This document shows positions 52,751 to 64,000 of a stretch of 64,000 bases of DNA, piece by piece (the first letter of the stretch is position 1; every line of letters starts with the position of its first letter). The translations under genes were made by a program, and so were the position numbers. The notes under the pieces were generated by a model, which made no database searches, was not told the origin of the DNA, and was given only the letters and a program-made list of their open reading frames with translations. The stretch is from Phallusia mammillata (lineage: Eukaryota): assembly GCA_965637545.1 (NCBI GenBank), contig OZ281496.1, forward strand, positions 3,224,001 to 3,288,000. The letters are read 5' to 3'.

Positions 52751-55700
52751 AGTTTCATCCTCGAACACAAAAATTTTCCCCGAAAAAGGAGTAAATCGTG
52801 TAATTTTCTTATGATTTACAAATGTTTGCATTAATGCGATAACTATTTAAGCATTCTAAATTTGACAAAAAGTTAAATATGAAAACTTTTTTAAAAATTA
52901 AAAACAATTAAAGTAATTGAAAATTAAATACACAATACGTAAATTTATAGTTTTCACCTTGTCATGTAGGAATGCGCTTTCTTATGTAGGAAAGGTGTTT
53001 GACTGATTCGATATAAAGCCTTCAATGTGCTGGCATACTTTAATTTATGTATATATTTGCCTTGATCGTTGGTTTGCATGGACGCTTCAGCGCTCATCCC
53101 GTTTATGAATTGATTTTTATCTCAACTTCTTACATTTGAGGAAATAATTGTCTTCGCTTACTGTGAACAAAATGGTTGTCATTGCAACATGTCGAATTGT
53201 CTGGTGGATTAGCATATCTTATCACATAAATTCGTTTGTAATAATGCCTTAAACGCACTGCCACTTTGTTTGAATAAGAATGTCAACTGTTTGTTATGCA
53301 TCCACAATAATTTAAAATACATTCATTTGTTTGTAAATTTTTTGTGTGTTTAATTTCCCGTGATTATTTTCTTTGTTGTGTAAAGTGTGTGCTGTGAGAA
53401 CGGTATTGGACGCTGCGTAATCAAGATTAAAATGCAAAACGCTGATCAGCATGTGAAAAATGTAGCTTTTGCAAAACAAGTTTAAGCATTATATTTAAAT
53501 ATGACTACAAGTCCAAATGCCAGGAGCATAAACCGTTTTTAAGTAAATACGTTTGGGGAGTTATTTATAAAAAAATTGAAATGCACGGAAACTCACATAC
53601 GTTGCCTATACGTTCAGGACTGTTGTAGTTACGTTTCGTTTTGAATTGTTATTAAATCTTAACCAAGACCTGATATTTCTAAGAATTGTGGAAAATATAT
53701 TTTACGCTTTCCAGAAGACTTCTTTTTGACATTGGTTTTATGATAAGAAAAGCGGGACTCCCTGTCCATTGTGGGGCAGAGACAAAACAGAAATCCAACA
53801 AGCGGTCACACAGCTCCTTGTTCACTTTAAAAGCAAACCGCCTCAGTAAGAAGTCAACCACATTTATTGGGCTCTAATACGATTAAACGCAAAGGGCTAT
53901 AGGGGCATCCTTAAAGTCACTAAAAATGTTAATAATTTTGCGCAACTTGTGTCCATGGAATCGCTGTGTGTTTTCGAACTAAAATATATAATCAGGGGAA
54001 TTAAACTAAGAGCGGTGTACCCCGAGAGTACTTGCATTGATTTATGATATCGAATAAAACACTATTTGTCTTATTTATTTATATTGAGTTGTAAACGGGC
54101 CTGACATTGGAGCACCAACTCGGCCCGAACCCGAAAATAAAAGCCCGAAACCGGCCCGATCGTGAATAGTTTCTGAGAAGCTCGTTTAAGTCATAAATGT
54201 TGATTGACAAGCCTATACATTGAAGCCTCAGGAAAGACCAAGACAAGAAACTCAATAGATAACACTGGGCAACGAAAAAATATTTTTTTACTGGTGTCTA
54301 GAATGTTTTAACTGTTTTTGACTAATTCTAGTGCCCTGATCTTAAAAGTGCAATTAGTTTATCTGTATCAAGTCTAGTTTTCCTGTTATGGTACGTCCAC
54401 ATTTGAAAAACAATCTATATGTATACACTATAGTGAAACTGGTTTTGAGTAATTTATTTGAAATTAACGGTATTGCAAGAACAAAATTTTGAATTTAATT
54501 TTAAATGTAACAGGTGGACACTCCTAACTAACAAAATTCAACACAAAAAAAAAACAAAAAAAATGTTTCAAATTTGTAAGTTATCAGGTATACCCCTACA
54601 CATGTACTTTGGTAACTTTCGAAACTGAGTGTCAGCCATACCGTCCCGTTTAATTGACCAACAGCAGTTAGCCAGGACCACATTATTCCCCCTTCCCTGA
54701 CCCGTTTCGTTTTACTGATATCCTGTTGGAAACTTTTAGCTGAATGCTCATCATTTATATCCCCTACGTTTTAAGGGCATTGTAGCTTTATACTCATTTT
54801 CGTGCCGAATGTTTCAGACCGCCTAATAACTTAATTATGTACTCTTTCTAATAGTTTCAGTCCCTTTCTTCTGTTTTTGTCCATTACTGCAATATTCCAG
54901 CCAACATTAGGTAAGTGGAGCTCATTGCTTGTCCTAAACTCCTAAGGCCACATCGAAGTGTGCAAGATATGCACATTTGATACAGATCATTTTTACTTTT
55001 TTGTTGTGTTGTATGGGTGTTCACCAAAACATCTTGGTAATTCAAGCAACACCGTATAGATGACCTTGCCACTACTAATTTTAGTTTTACCACCTTGCTT
55101 TACTAGCCTGAAAATCACTCAATAAAACACGTATATTTTAAAGTTACCGCTGGCCAGCACCAGCCATTTTTAGACAGACCATAAGCATAGAACGCATATT
55201 CATGCTATAAAACTGACTGCACTGTAAAAAAATGATGTGTATAATGTAACAAAACTTTAACAAACACAAAAAAGCATGATTCTAAAGTCATTGAATCAAT
55301 ATGGTCATAAATTTTGATTTTGATCTGATTGAAGAAAACCGTAATGATTTTTAAAATCAGCACCTCAAAATTAGTCAATAACAATTTTAACATTAAAGAC
55401 ACCAAAAATTGTGTTGGCCAGTGTAATTGGTCTTAAACAAGGCGTTTTAGGCCTGTTTGACATTAGGTCAGTTTCAGCAACTGGCTAGTTGAATTAATTC
55501 AACTTAGCTAGTTAAAATAGTTCAAAAAATGCTAACATAGAGTGTAAAGTCAAGCCCGAAAAAAGCCTTTTTTAATAAACCCTAAGCCCGAACCGGAACT
55601 CGACTTACAACTCTGTGTCATTAAACGCTATTTGTACAATTGCCAGAGGCACCGAAGTAAAAAAAAAGAGATTTCAAAATGACGTCATGTGCTTGGTTTT

Positions 55701-56105
55701 GGTGGTACTTTATATCAGCTGATAAATTGAAAAAAATCGAAACAATATTTTAATCAATAACAGACGCAAAACGTCGGTTGAAACGATGCAGTTGCCAGAA
55801 GGGATTTAGGTAATATAACTAAGTTAAGCTACTTGCACTGGTCGGCTATGGGGGGTGAATAAATGTCTTTGAATTGGATTACTTTGCTTGACTACACATT
55901 ACCTATTGTGCTTTAAAAACACATTGATTTTGGCCACAACGTGGTTTTTATTGAATGGATGATATGTCTTTAAACTGCCACCGATAATGATGTAGTATAT
56001 TTAGATACAACAATATGCAATATCACAAAACCGTGCAAATCATCAAAAACGCAAACTTACGATAAATATTATGTCCGTATATGTAGATGTGCACCGCACT
56101 AAGTG

Positions 56106-57288
56106 TTATGTACCAACAGGTCGGTTTTGTTCTGGTTGTAGATGGTTGTTTGGGTTTCTATTCCTATTACCATCCATTTCAGTTGGTTCCTGTGCTGGTG
56201 GTCCGAAAGGTGGTGGCGGTATGACTGATTCCTCTTTATATGCACACTTGTCAAAAATATAAACAAAACTTATTCCTTTTTTAACATTTTTTGCCAAATA
56301 ATCAAATATTTAGTTTGCTAGAACCCGTATTTGTTACGAATTGCAAATAAATTTAAAGTTTAATCATAAACATTACTGCCAAAGTATTGGTGTATAAAAA
56401 ATATATCGTTCCGTGTTCTACAGGTTGATTAAAAACATGCACTGATGATGACAACAGAGATTGTCGAAACGTCTGAACGATGTATTCTATATACACCACT
56501 ACCTTGGCAGTAATGTTTATGATTAAACTACTAGTCCGTGTATAGTGTTCCTAAATGTATAGTTTAATGATGAAAATAACAGCCCAAATAAACGTAAAAA
56601 AGCGACATGCTTTTTACAATAAGTGTGTATAAACAGGTGTAACTAAAGTGGCCTTCATATCGCTAATGATGGCATGAGCATTTACCGAAACGTTTGAACA
56701 CTTAAGCATGTCGTTTTTATGTTTGTTAAGGCCGATATAAATTTTCACAATATAATTTATAAACAGATTTCTATATAGTGTTCCAAAATTCATAGCTATA
56801 TTTGAAATTATGAAATGCTTATGAATAAAATAGTTCTTGCCTGTACATTATTACCTTGGACATGTATCTCAATGTATTACCACACATGAAAGTTGTACCC
56901 AAGGGGGATGCGTTGTTTGGTGGCCGTAGTGCTGGTATTGATGGTAGATGTGACTGCGAAGGTAGTGGATGTGGTGGTGGTATTGGTTGCAAATGTGATA
57001 GTGGTGATGGTTGTAGATGTGGTTGCGATGATGATGGTGCTGGTTGCACATGTAGTGGAGAAGTTCGATTCTGAAAAACATTATATTTTAAACATTTTGA
57101 TTCTAAACAATGAAGCAAAACTAATATATATGGCAGCGCTGACAAACTGCAATGTTTGTATTAATCTTTTTTAAAGATCTAAAAACATCAACATAAACAC
57201 ATGTTACCACTTAGCAGAATAAACACATGTTTCATTTCGCATTAGTCCTACTTACTTCATTTGTATGTAGTGAATGCTCCATTTCTTC
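56106..57288 (-). CDS. Orphan micro-exon gene, copy D3 (divergent, with a Pro/Gln/His-rich exon)
   Basis: Exons 57256-57288 (EEMEHSLHTNE), 56855-57070 and 56106-56246 (..FGPPAQEPTEMDGNRNRNPNNHLQPEQNRPVGT*), all phase 0. Confidence 0.62.
56357..56550 (+). mobile_element. Hammerhead-bearing remnant with 55-bp inverted arms (family 5)
   Basis: 56357-56411 is a diverged reverse complement of 56475-56529, and the two arms enclose a hammerhead core. Confidence 0.7.
56435..56483 (+). ncRNA. Minimal type I hammerhead ribozyme (family 5)
   Basis: CTGATGA 56442-56448, stem II GACAA-CAGAGA-TTGTC, GAAA 56466-56469, C GTC, stem I CA/TG plus distal ACAT/ATGT. Confidence 0.72.
56575..56790 (+). mobile_element. 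Second copy of the family 4 hammerhead remnant, degenerate, with a short inverted arm
   Basis: CTAATGA T GGCATGAGCATTTACC GAAA CGTT at 56663-56694. It aligns with 43091-43247, and 56575-56615 is an inverted copy of the downstream segment. Confidence 0.6.
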
Positions 57289-58727
57289 CTGTGACTTTGT
57301 TGTATTCAACAACTTCTTTTTCGATGAAACAAATCAGACAAAAATGTTTAGATTTTAAACAATTTGCTAGAAACTCACTCATGTAAACTATAACACAATA
57401 TAATTGTTTTTTTGAATAAATTTTGCATAGAAAACGTTTAAGTTTTGTTTTAGAACGATTCAAGCAAACCGGTAGGAAAAGTTCTGTTCGTTGTGTAAGA
57501 AAGTCCGCTGAAAAGTGAAAGAATGAATTTACTGCGCAATATGTATTGTTTCCCTAATACTTACGTTTACACAAAGTGACTTGTCAAGTCACTGATGATC
57601 AAACAGTCATATGTAGAATAAAAAAGGTGTTCAATTCTCAGGTAACATTTAAATACAATTGGAAGTGGTTTGAAAGTTTTTTCATCTTTGGCAAAAAAAG
57701 TCACATGTTTAATTATATATATCGTCCTCTTTTATCCAACTTCGAACACATTTACCCACTGTGTACAAAGGGTGTCATATTTGACTTTTATACTTGCTTT
57801 AGTATTACAAATGATTTGATTGTTAACTTCTAAACCTTGTTAAATATCTAAACCCCATGTTCATAACACTTAACACATTGTTCTACACTGGTCTTGTGCA
57901 AAAAATTTTCATGATGTCGTAACTTATTTATTGTTTTACACAACTTCGTAAATAGAGTTTTTAAAAGAACTTTAGAAACTTGAAGGGCCAGCAATTACAC
58001 AGGCAAAAGTCCGTGCCCTTCAAGTACGTCTGTATACATGTAATAGCTTTCAACATTACCAATATGAAATTTCATATAACTTCTCAGTTTATCCTGAACT
58101 TTTAAAACGCACATTTATTTTCTACCTGGTCTCTGTAGAACTGATAATTTGCACATATAGAAGTGTAGACAAAGTGCTGTAGAGGCTTTAACCACGAGAA
58201 ACATGCAGACGCACAAGAAACAAAATCAAAACATTGGCCACATCATGTCACACTTTGACGCGCAACTTCCAGGATGTGACGTAAAACCTTCTCAAAATGA
58301 AGTGTAAATATGGTATCGTACTTTCAACAGTCGCTCTTATCGGATAAGCTGTACATTTTGCATAGCTTGATTACTTAAATTTTGCGATTTTTATTTCAGA
58401 CGGAAAGTTTAAAAGCCACGCATCATGATATTAATAGCTACTTGTTGGAAGAAACATATATTGATTGAATATTATATAGATACATGCATTATATCTAAAA
58501 ATCATACACTTCTACGTGCAATGAGAGTTTAATCTCCACATCCCCTAGCCATATTTAAGACAGAAGCTTTTGCAAATAGTGACAGAAGCTTTTCCAAATA
58601 GTAATTAGGTTAATACAATAAGGTGTATTACAAATTCATCCATCTGCATTGGAAAGGACCAACAATATTCTAAACCTTTTTTAAATAAACGCAAAAGCAT
58701 AATTTTTAATGTACATTTAGGCAAGCA

Positions 58728-59287
58728 TTAGTTGGTACGAGGCTGGTTTTGTTCTGTTTGCAACTGGTTGTCCTGGTTTCGAACCTCACCGTCGTCTACT
58801 TGGGGTGGTTCTTCTGCTGGGGTTCCATTAGGGTCGAAGTTGTCAAATGCAATTCGGGCTGAAATGATTGTTTGGTAACATCAAAAATAGTGTCCAACGA
58901 CGACAGCAATAGTTTTTCAACATAATCTACTTACATTGGTTTACAGGAAGCGGTGGTGGAGATGGAATGTTTGAATTAAATTCTCTCATCTTAATCTTGT
59001 TGAAAATCTGTACAGAATAATTTGAGCTTGACTTCGTGTCATAGATTTGTGACAGTTTTTAGTTAGTTTGTTTGCACCTGCTAAATGTTAAAATTATTAA
59101 CTGAGATTCAAAAACACCGTTCAAACAAAGTTAATAGAATAGAGAATATTGAAGTAATGCGATCTTCATCTATGATTAAAAATTGCTTTAACTTTTTTTT
59201 TGTATATTTTTATATTTTTACTAAATACTGTTTTTTAATTATTATTCCTACTTGGTTTGCTGGCTGAAATGGTGGACAAGGCAGAAC
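58728..59287 (-). CDS. Orphan micro-exon gene, copy D4 (last three exons)
   Basis: Exons 59252-59287 (VLPCPPFQPANQ), 58935-59007 (IFNKIKMREFNSNIPSPPPLPVNQ) and 58728-58858 (SRIAFDNFDPNGTPAEEPPQVDDGEVRNQDNQLQTEQNQPRTN*). The last exon is 131 nt, as in D1. Confidence 0.72.
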
Positions 59288-60285
59288 CTATAAAACAAAA
59301 AAGCAACAAAATTTCAAAAGAGTAGGTATATTACAATGACGTCTATCAGCCATAATTTACAGCTTTCTGAAAGCCCCTAAAATGTATACAGGGCACCTAT
59401 AATCCTGTTCAACATAGGTGCATACATTGTAGGTATTTGCTGATTTGTTCAACAATCGAGCACCAATTTAGACCCACATCAAATCTTTTTCTATAATCCA
59501 AACTAAAACCCGAACATAATAAAGGAATACAACAATTAAATTGATGTGCCGTTGTTGGAATTATATAAATGATTTTGGAAGTCGAGATGGCAAAAAGATA
59601 ATAGAGTTAATACAATTATAGCAAACAAATCAATACATGAAAAGTAACTCTGCGAAAACTAATAATATAGAAACTTTTAATATACAGGTGTGCTAAGTTC
59701 CGGTATGTGGCACACTCAAACATTTTAAAAGCAGTTTGTGTAAAAAGTGCTGAGAGTTAAGATCACTACGTTTAGTCTATGGTTCCATAATAATAATAAC
59801 AATAAAATCAAGTCAAAAACTCAGTTTTTTGTTAAATTTAGTCCCCAAATCTATTCTAGTCTTACTGTAAATTTAAATAACTGCGCTCTTTACGTCATTT
59901 GTCGGTATTTGTTAGTAGCTTTGAAATGAGCTTTTGGATTTTCTACCTATTTTTTTGTAATGATTAAACAATCATCAGTTTTGAAATCCAATTTTAAACT
60001 TTATTGATTTTTCTAACTGTGCTGAATACCACTGTCTTTGAAATGCCACATTTGCACTTTTACAAATAAGACATATTGTACAATACCCTGCATTACTACG
60101 ATATTTTTTGTATCATATTGGTCATTACGACAATTTTATTTATTTATTTTTAATTATGTAGTTTTTGTGCACCTGCGACGACTTTTGCAATCCAATTCGC
60201 GACGACTTTTGCAAATCCAAGTATTTCATAGTAGTGTAAAAGACTATTCCCCTGGGGGTTTGAACAGACAACGAAATAAAAATAA

Positions 60286-60920
60286 CTATCTAATCTGCGT
60301 GGGTGTATGTTGTGTATCCTTTGGGATTTGATCCTCATTGCCATTCGATTGCTCCGGTGGGTCTGGGATTCTGTTTGGGTCAAAGTTGTCAAATGCGATT
60401 CGAGCTGATAAAAGTGACACATTACATACACAAACTTTTGCAATGTTTATCGTTTTTTAACCTTGGTTTGGAGGTGGTCGGTGAAAGGTAATGTCATATT
60501 CTTCGCATGTAATCTTGTTAGAAACCTGAAAAATAAAAAGTTAAGTTGTTTCTTCAATGACAACAGTGTGTTGTGTATTTAGCGAAAAATAAAAACAAAA
60601 ATACGTCACCTAATAAATACCCCTCACCTTCAGTGGTTGGAACAATATTTTGGAAGCATTTTTAATGCAAACTATAAAACTATTCATTTACACATATAAC
60701 TTTCGACAATATTTCTTTAGAAATCAAGTTATTACTGTCGGTACCATTTTGCAACTGCAGAATGTACTGCCGATATCGCCAAAATGTTGTTAATTATAAC
60801 CTAATTCAATTAAATGGGAATTAAATTTTGCAAAATATTTGCACTCACCGGTATTTTGGTATTTTGCTGTTCATCCCACACCGAACTTTGTGGTTCTTTT
60901 TCCGACGTGTTGAATGACAT
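60286..60920 (-). CDS. Orphan micro-exon gene, copy D5
   Basis: Exons 60462-60525 (VSNKITCEEYDITFHRPPPNQ) and 60286-60404 (ARIAFDNFDPNRIPDPPEQSNGNEDQIPKDTQHTPTQIR*). A candidate ATG exon, 60849-60920 (MSFNTSEKEPQSSVWDEQQNTKIP, GTGAGT donor), is less certain. Confidence 0.65.
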
Positions 60921-61629
60921 TTGTTTATTTGCCAAAGTAATTAATTGTACTTTATTTTAGTGTATCAATTAGCTGCAGACATACAGGAGGGCATAGCTCG
61001 CAATAAAGTAATGATAAAGCGAGGGGACGCATTAACAGGACTGTAATCAAATTCCATTTATGCTGCCGCTATTGGTTTAATTATAGATTCATAATTTTTG
61101 TAAAATCAACACGGCCTTTGTAATCAGGGTATGACATAAAAAGAACTTTATTATTAAAAACGACTCAAGCTATGGGGTGACAACTTATTCAAATCATTGT
61201 TCAGCAAATTCTAAAACTGCTTTTAATAAGTTTGAAGCGTGCTTTTTGTTATATCCTAAAGAATTTTTTGACATTATTATAAAACTATGCAATTTTACTT
61301 TGCTGAACAAATCATCGATTAAATAGTTTATTGACTTATAATTTTATTATTTATTGACTTATAGAGTTTCATTCTGTTAAGTCTCATCAGTGAAACGGGT
61401 GACAGAACATTAGGGGTATAGGTTTGCGCAGCCAGGCCAAACAAGTCTCATGTTTTTTTGATTCACAGTTTAAATACATGTGGTTAAGTAACTAAGTAAC
61501 TGTCAGGATTCACAGTTGTTTTTATCGGCTGTAATGTGTGCAGTTGAACTATCAAACAACTGACGCTTATTGCGCATCAGCACGAAAGCTCCTATAAAGT
61601 TAAACATTACTGTTTTCTATGTATTTTAG

Positions 61630-63929
61630 CTACTTTGTGCGGAGAAGATGCTACCGGCCCGGTTTATAACTTACAGTCTCCAAACTTTCCGAGTAACTAT
61701 CCGGTTTCGTTCAGTTGTGTTTGGAGATTTCAATTGGAAAGAAGCGGCTCTTTGGTATTTCAATTCTCCACTTTTGTCACCGAGGATGGATTCGACTTTC
61801 TATACGTAAGTGAGTGGTTATTTGTGTTTAAATTTCTTCTGAATTTTGGTCCATGCGATGTTCTTAGAGTCCTACAGCCAGATTTGGTCGCGTTTCCCCA
61901 ATATATGAAGCGCCGCAGTTGCAAACCAACCGGTAAACAACGTTAGTTCTCTCGATATGTTCCTGGTGCTTTTTTATAGGAAAATACTGTGAAAGATTGT
62001 TCGTTTCATGGATAAGACGCAAGCGAATGTTAGCCCTGGTTCGACAAATAAAACGCTCCAATTTCCTATTGACTCTCACATCACAGATCGCCATTTTACC
62101 AACATCATTTTTGTTTTGATTTTCTAACTAAACCACTCAAAGAAATCCATTTTACCGTCGCCTAAAAATCTAGAAAAAAATTGTTATTCTTTCACTCGTA
62201 GATAGAGATTATTTTGAGTGCAATCACGTCCTGACTGTTGTTTATTTAGTATTTTTTCCCAATAGTTACTAAGCCACTAACAAACTCTCCAGGCACTCGA
62301 AACCCATACAGAGCGTTTATTACACCCAAATTTATGCAAAAACAGTTTTATTCTATTGACCAACCCCAGACATGTTTTTGCGGCGTCATAACTTCCCTTT
62401 CTTCTCCCGCGCCTTATGCACCCCCGATTTAAACCAGAGTTTTTCCACTAGATCAATGGAGTGAAATTATTTTCAGTTTAAAGACGACCAAGGAAATGTA
62501 GAAAGATTGACTGGACATTATGGTGGAGGATTGAATCACACAGTTACTGCGACAAATCTTACTCTTATCTTTATCAGCGACGTTTTCGGGACTAAGCAGG
62601 GATTTAATGCGACGGTCAACCTTCCCTCAGGTTAGTGCTATTTGGTTTTAGAAAGCAAAAGACAAAAAACAAATCGGACAATGTATGTTTTAGGTACATT
62701 TTCAAAGGTTGATACCGATGAAAAAAAATTAAACTTTCCGATATACCCTTAAAGTAAATGAGAGTATATTAAATTGATTTGCACCATGACATGTCATCGA
62801 GCTGTAATTTTTTAGGTTGTGAAAAAGGGAAAACAAAACCCATTAGGTTCTTCTTGTGGGAAACGACAAAAATAGTTTTGAAACACAAGTTTTTTTGAAA
62901 TGCGCTAAAGCAAAATTTTATCTATGCAACGCGGAAAAGCAGATAATTTAATCAATTTGGTTTAAAAAGGGTAACCTAACTAAAAGTAATGTAATGTTTT
63001 TGTAGGAACGGAACAAACAATGAGCCTATGCCAGACTAAAGGTTTGACCATCCAGTAAGTTCTTCTTTTTTGGATTGATGTAACATTATTAAACCTTAAG
63101 ATATCTATAAGGAATAGTTTCTTTAGATCAGTGGTTCTTAACCTTTTATCCTTGCTGCACCCCTCTCAAATCACCAACCAATTTTAGCATCCACCTGGGT
63201 TTTGTGTTTATATAAAATAGATCTAACCAACCTTAATGATTAGAGCGATCGGGTCTCTTTCACCAAGCGAACTAATAACGACAAAAACTCAACGCAACTC
63301 AACAACAGCAAAAATATGACATAACTGTTAATAGTTGTTGTTCATTTAGTAGGCTGCTGCATTACGATTGCTGTTTACTTGCTATTCGCAGGGTAACAGC
63401 TAATGAACAGACCACATTAGACTATGAACTCGGTGACACACTTTACATCGCATTGGACAGGGAAACTCCCCTTTCTCTACTTAATGACAACTGCAAGGTC
63501 ACGGGGGCAGACCCGGTGTTTGTGTTTGACATTGGTCAGTGTGAAGGTGCCTACAAGGTAACGTACGATTATTTTATATATTGACGCTGCATAAACTGAT
63601 TAACAACGCTCAGGCAATTCACCGGTTGATTATTTACAATGAAAAACATAGTTAGCAAAGATGAATGGTATTTGAATTTATCGCGCCAATAAAATAAAGG
63701 ATTACCATTGTTTGGTTTAGTAAACTTTTTTGCGTTTGTACTGAGAATGATTACGTACATTTTTTGTAATAACAGAATGAGAACGATATGGTGTCAGTGT
63801 CGTTCCTGATCTGGAGATTCCTAGCACCGTCTACTGCCGTGATCCAACGCGACGTGCAAAGCTCACTATGACTTGTCTATTTAAAGCCGATCAACTTCTC
63901 TCGTCATCCAATGTCCAACCTCAAGCTGG
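61630..63929 (+). pseudogene. CUB+ZP protein, copy C (5' part; runs off the window), frameshifted
   Basis: Exons 61630-61805 (CUB: LQSPNFPSNYP..SCVW..TEDGFDFLY), 62477-62630, 63006-63054, 63392-63557 and 63776-63929. The last exon is 154 nt against 158 nt in copy B, so a 4-nt deletion near 63858 breaks the frame. Confidence 0.75.
61864..62094 (-). mobile_element. PLE GIY-YIG endonuclease remnant in a CUB-ZP intron
   Basis: TNVVYRLVCNCGASYIGETRPNLAVGL*EH, a decayed VVY..C.C...YIGET.R.L..R..EH motif. Confidence 0.75.
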
Positions 63930-64000
63930 GTAAGGCGACAACAAGGGCACATGCCATATGTTAAATGGCACACGACATCAGTTAGTAATTGTTTCAATGT

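Noticed and set aside
61384-61390. Other CTGATGA words (minus strand at 61384, 28541, 59972; plus strand at 50448) as hammerheads
   Set aside because: None has a stem II closed directly by GAAA followed by a UH site with a stem I. The one at 50448 lies in the GPCR CDS.

Overview
AT-rich eukaryotic genomic DNA with short GT-AG introns and one 200-N scaffold gap (28841-29040). It is most likely a marine invertebrate such as an ascidian; this is inferred from gene content and intron style and is not proven. The window is a birth-and-death, transposon-rich region. Host genes, reconstructed by checking splice phases: three CUB/ZP-domain membrane-protein paralogs (one open as far as visible, two disrupted); five paralogs of a small, apparently orphan, acidic/Pro-rich micro-exon gene family ending in AFDNFDPNG-P-AEE...RNPDN..QPEQN; an 11-exon, ~1360-codon fragment of a giant Gly-rich repeat protein; a 5'-truncated mitochondrial thiolase (ACAT1) pseudogene; an LRR-less multi-LDLa rhodopsin-type GPCR; and a decayed C2H2 zinc-finger array. 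Mobile DNA: a decayed Gypsy element, a full-ORF Penelope-like element (PLE), PLE remnants, hAT and pogo-type MITEs, a tRNA-derived SINE and two tandem arrays. The most striking non-genic signal is about 11 minimal type I hammerhead ribozyme copies from five sequence families. Six insertions share one architecture: an inverted copy of the pLTR 3' end joined to a forward copy, in two cases flanked by 14-22 bp target-site duplications.
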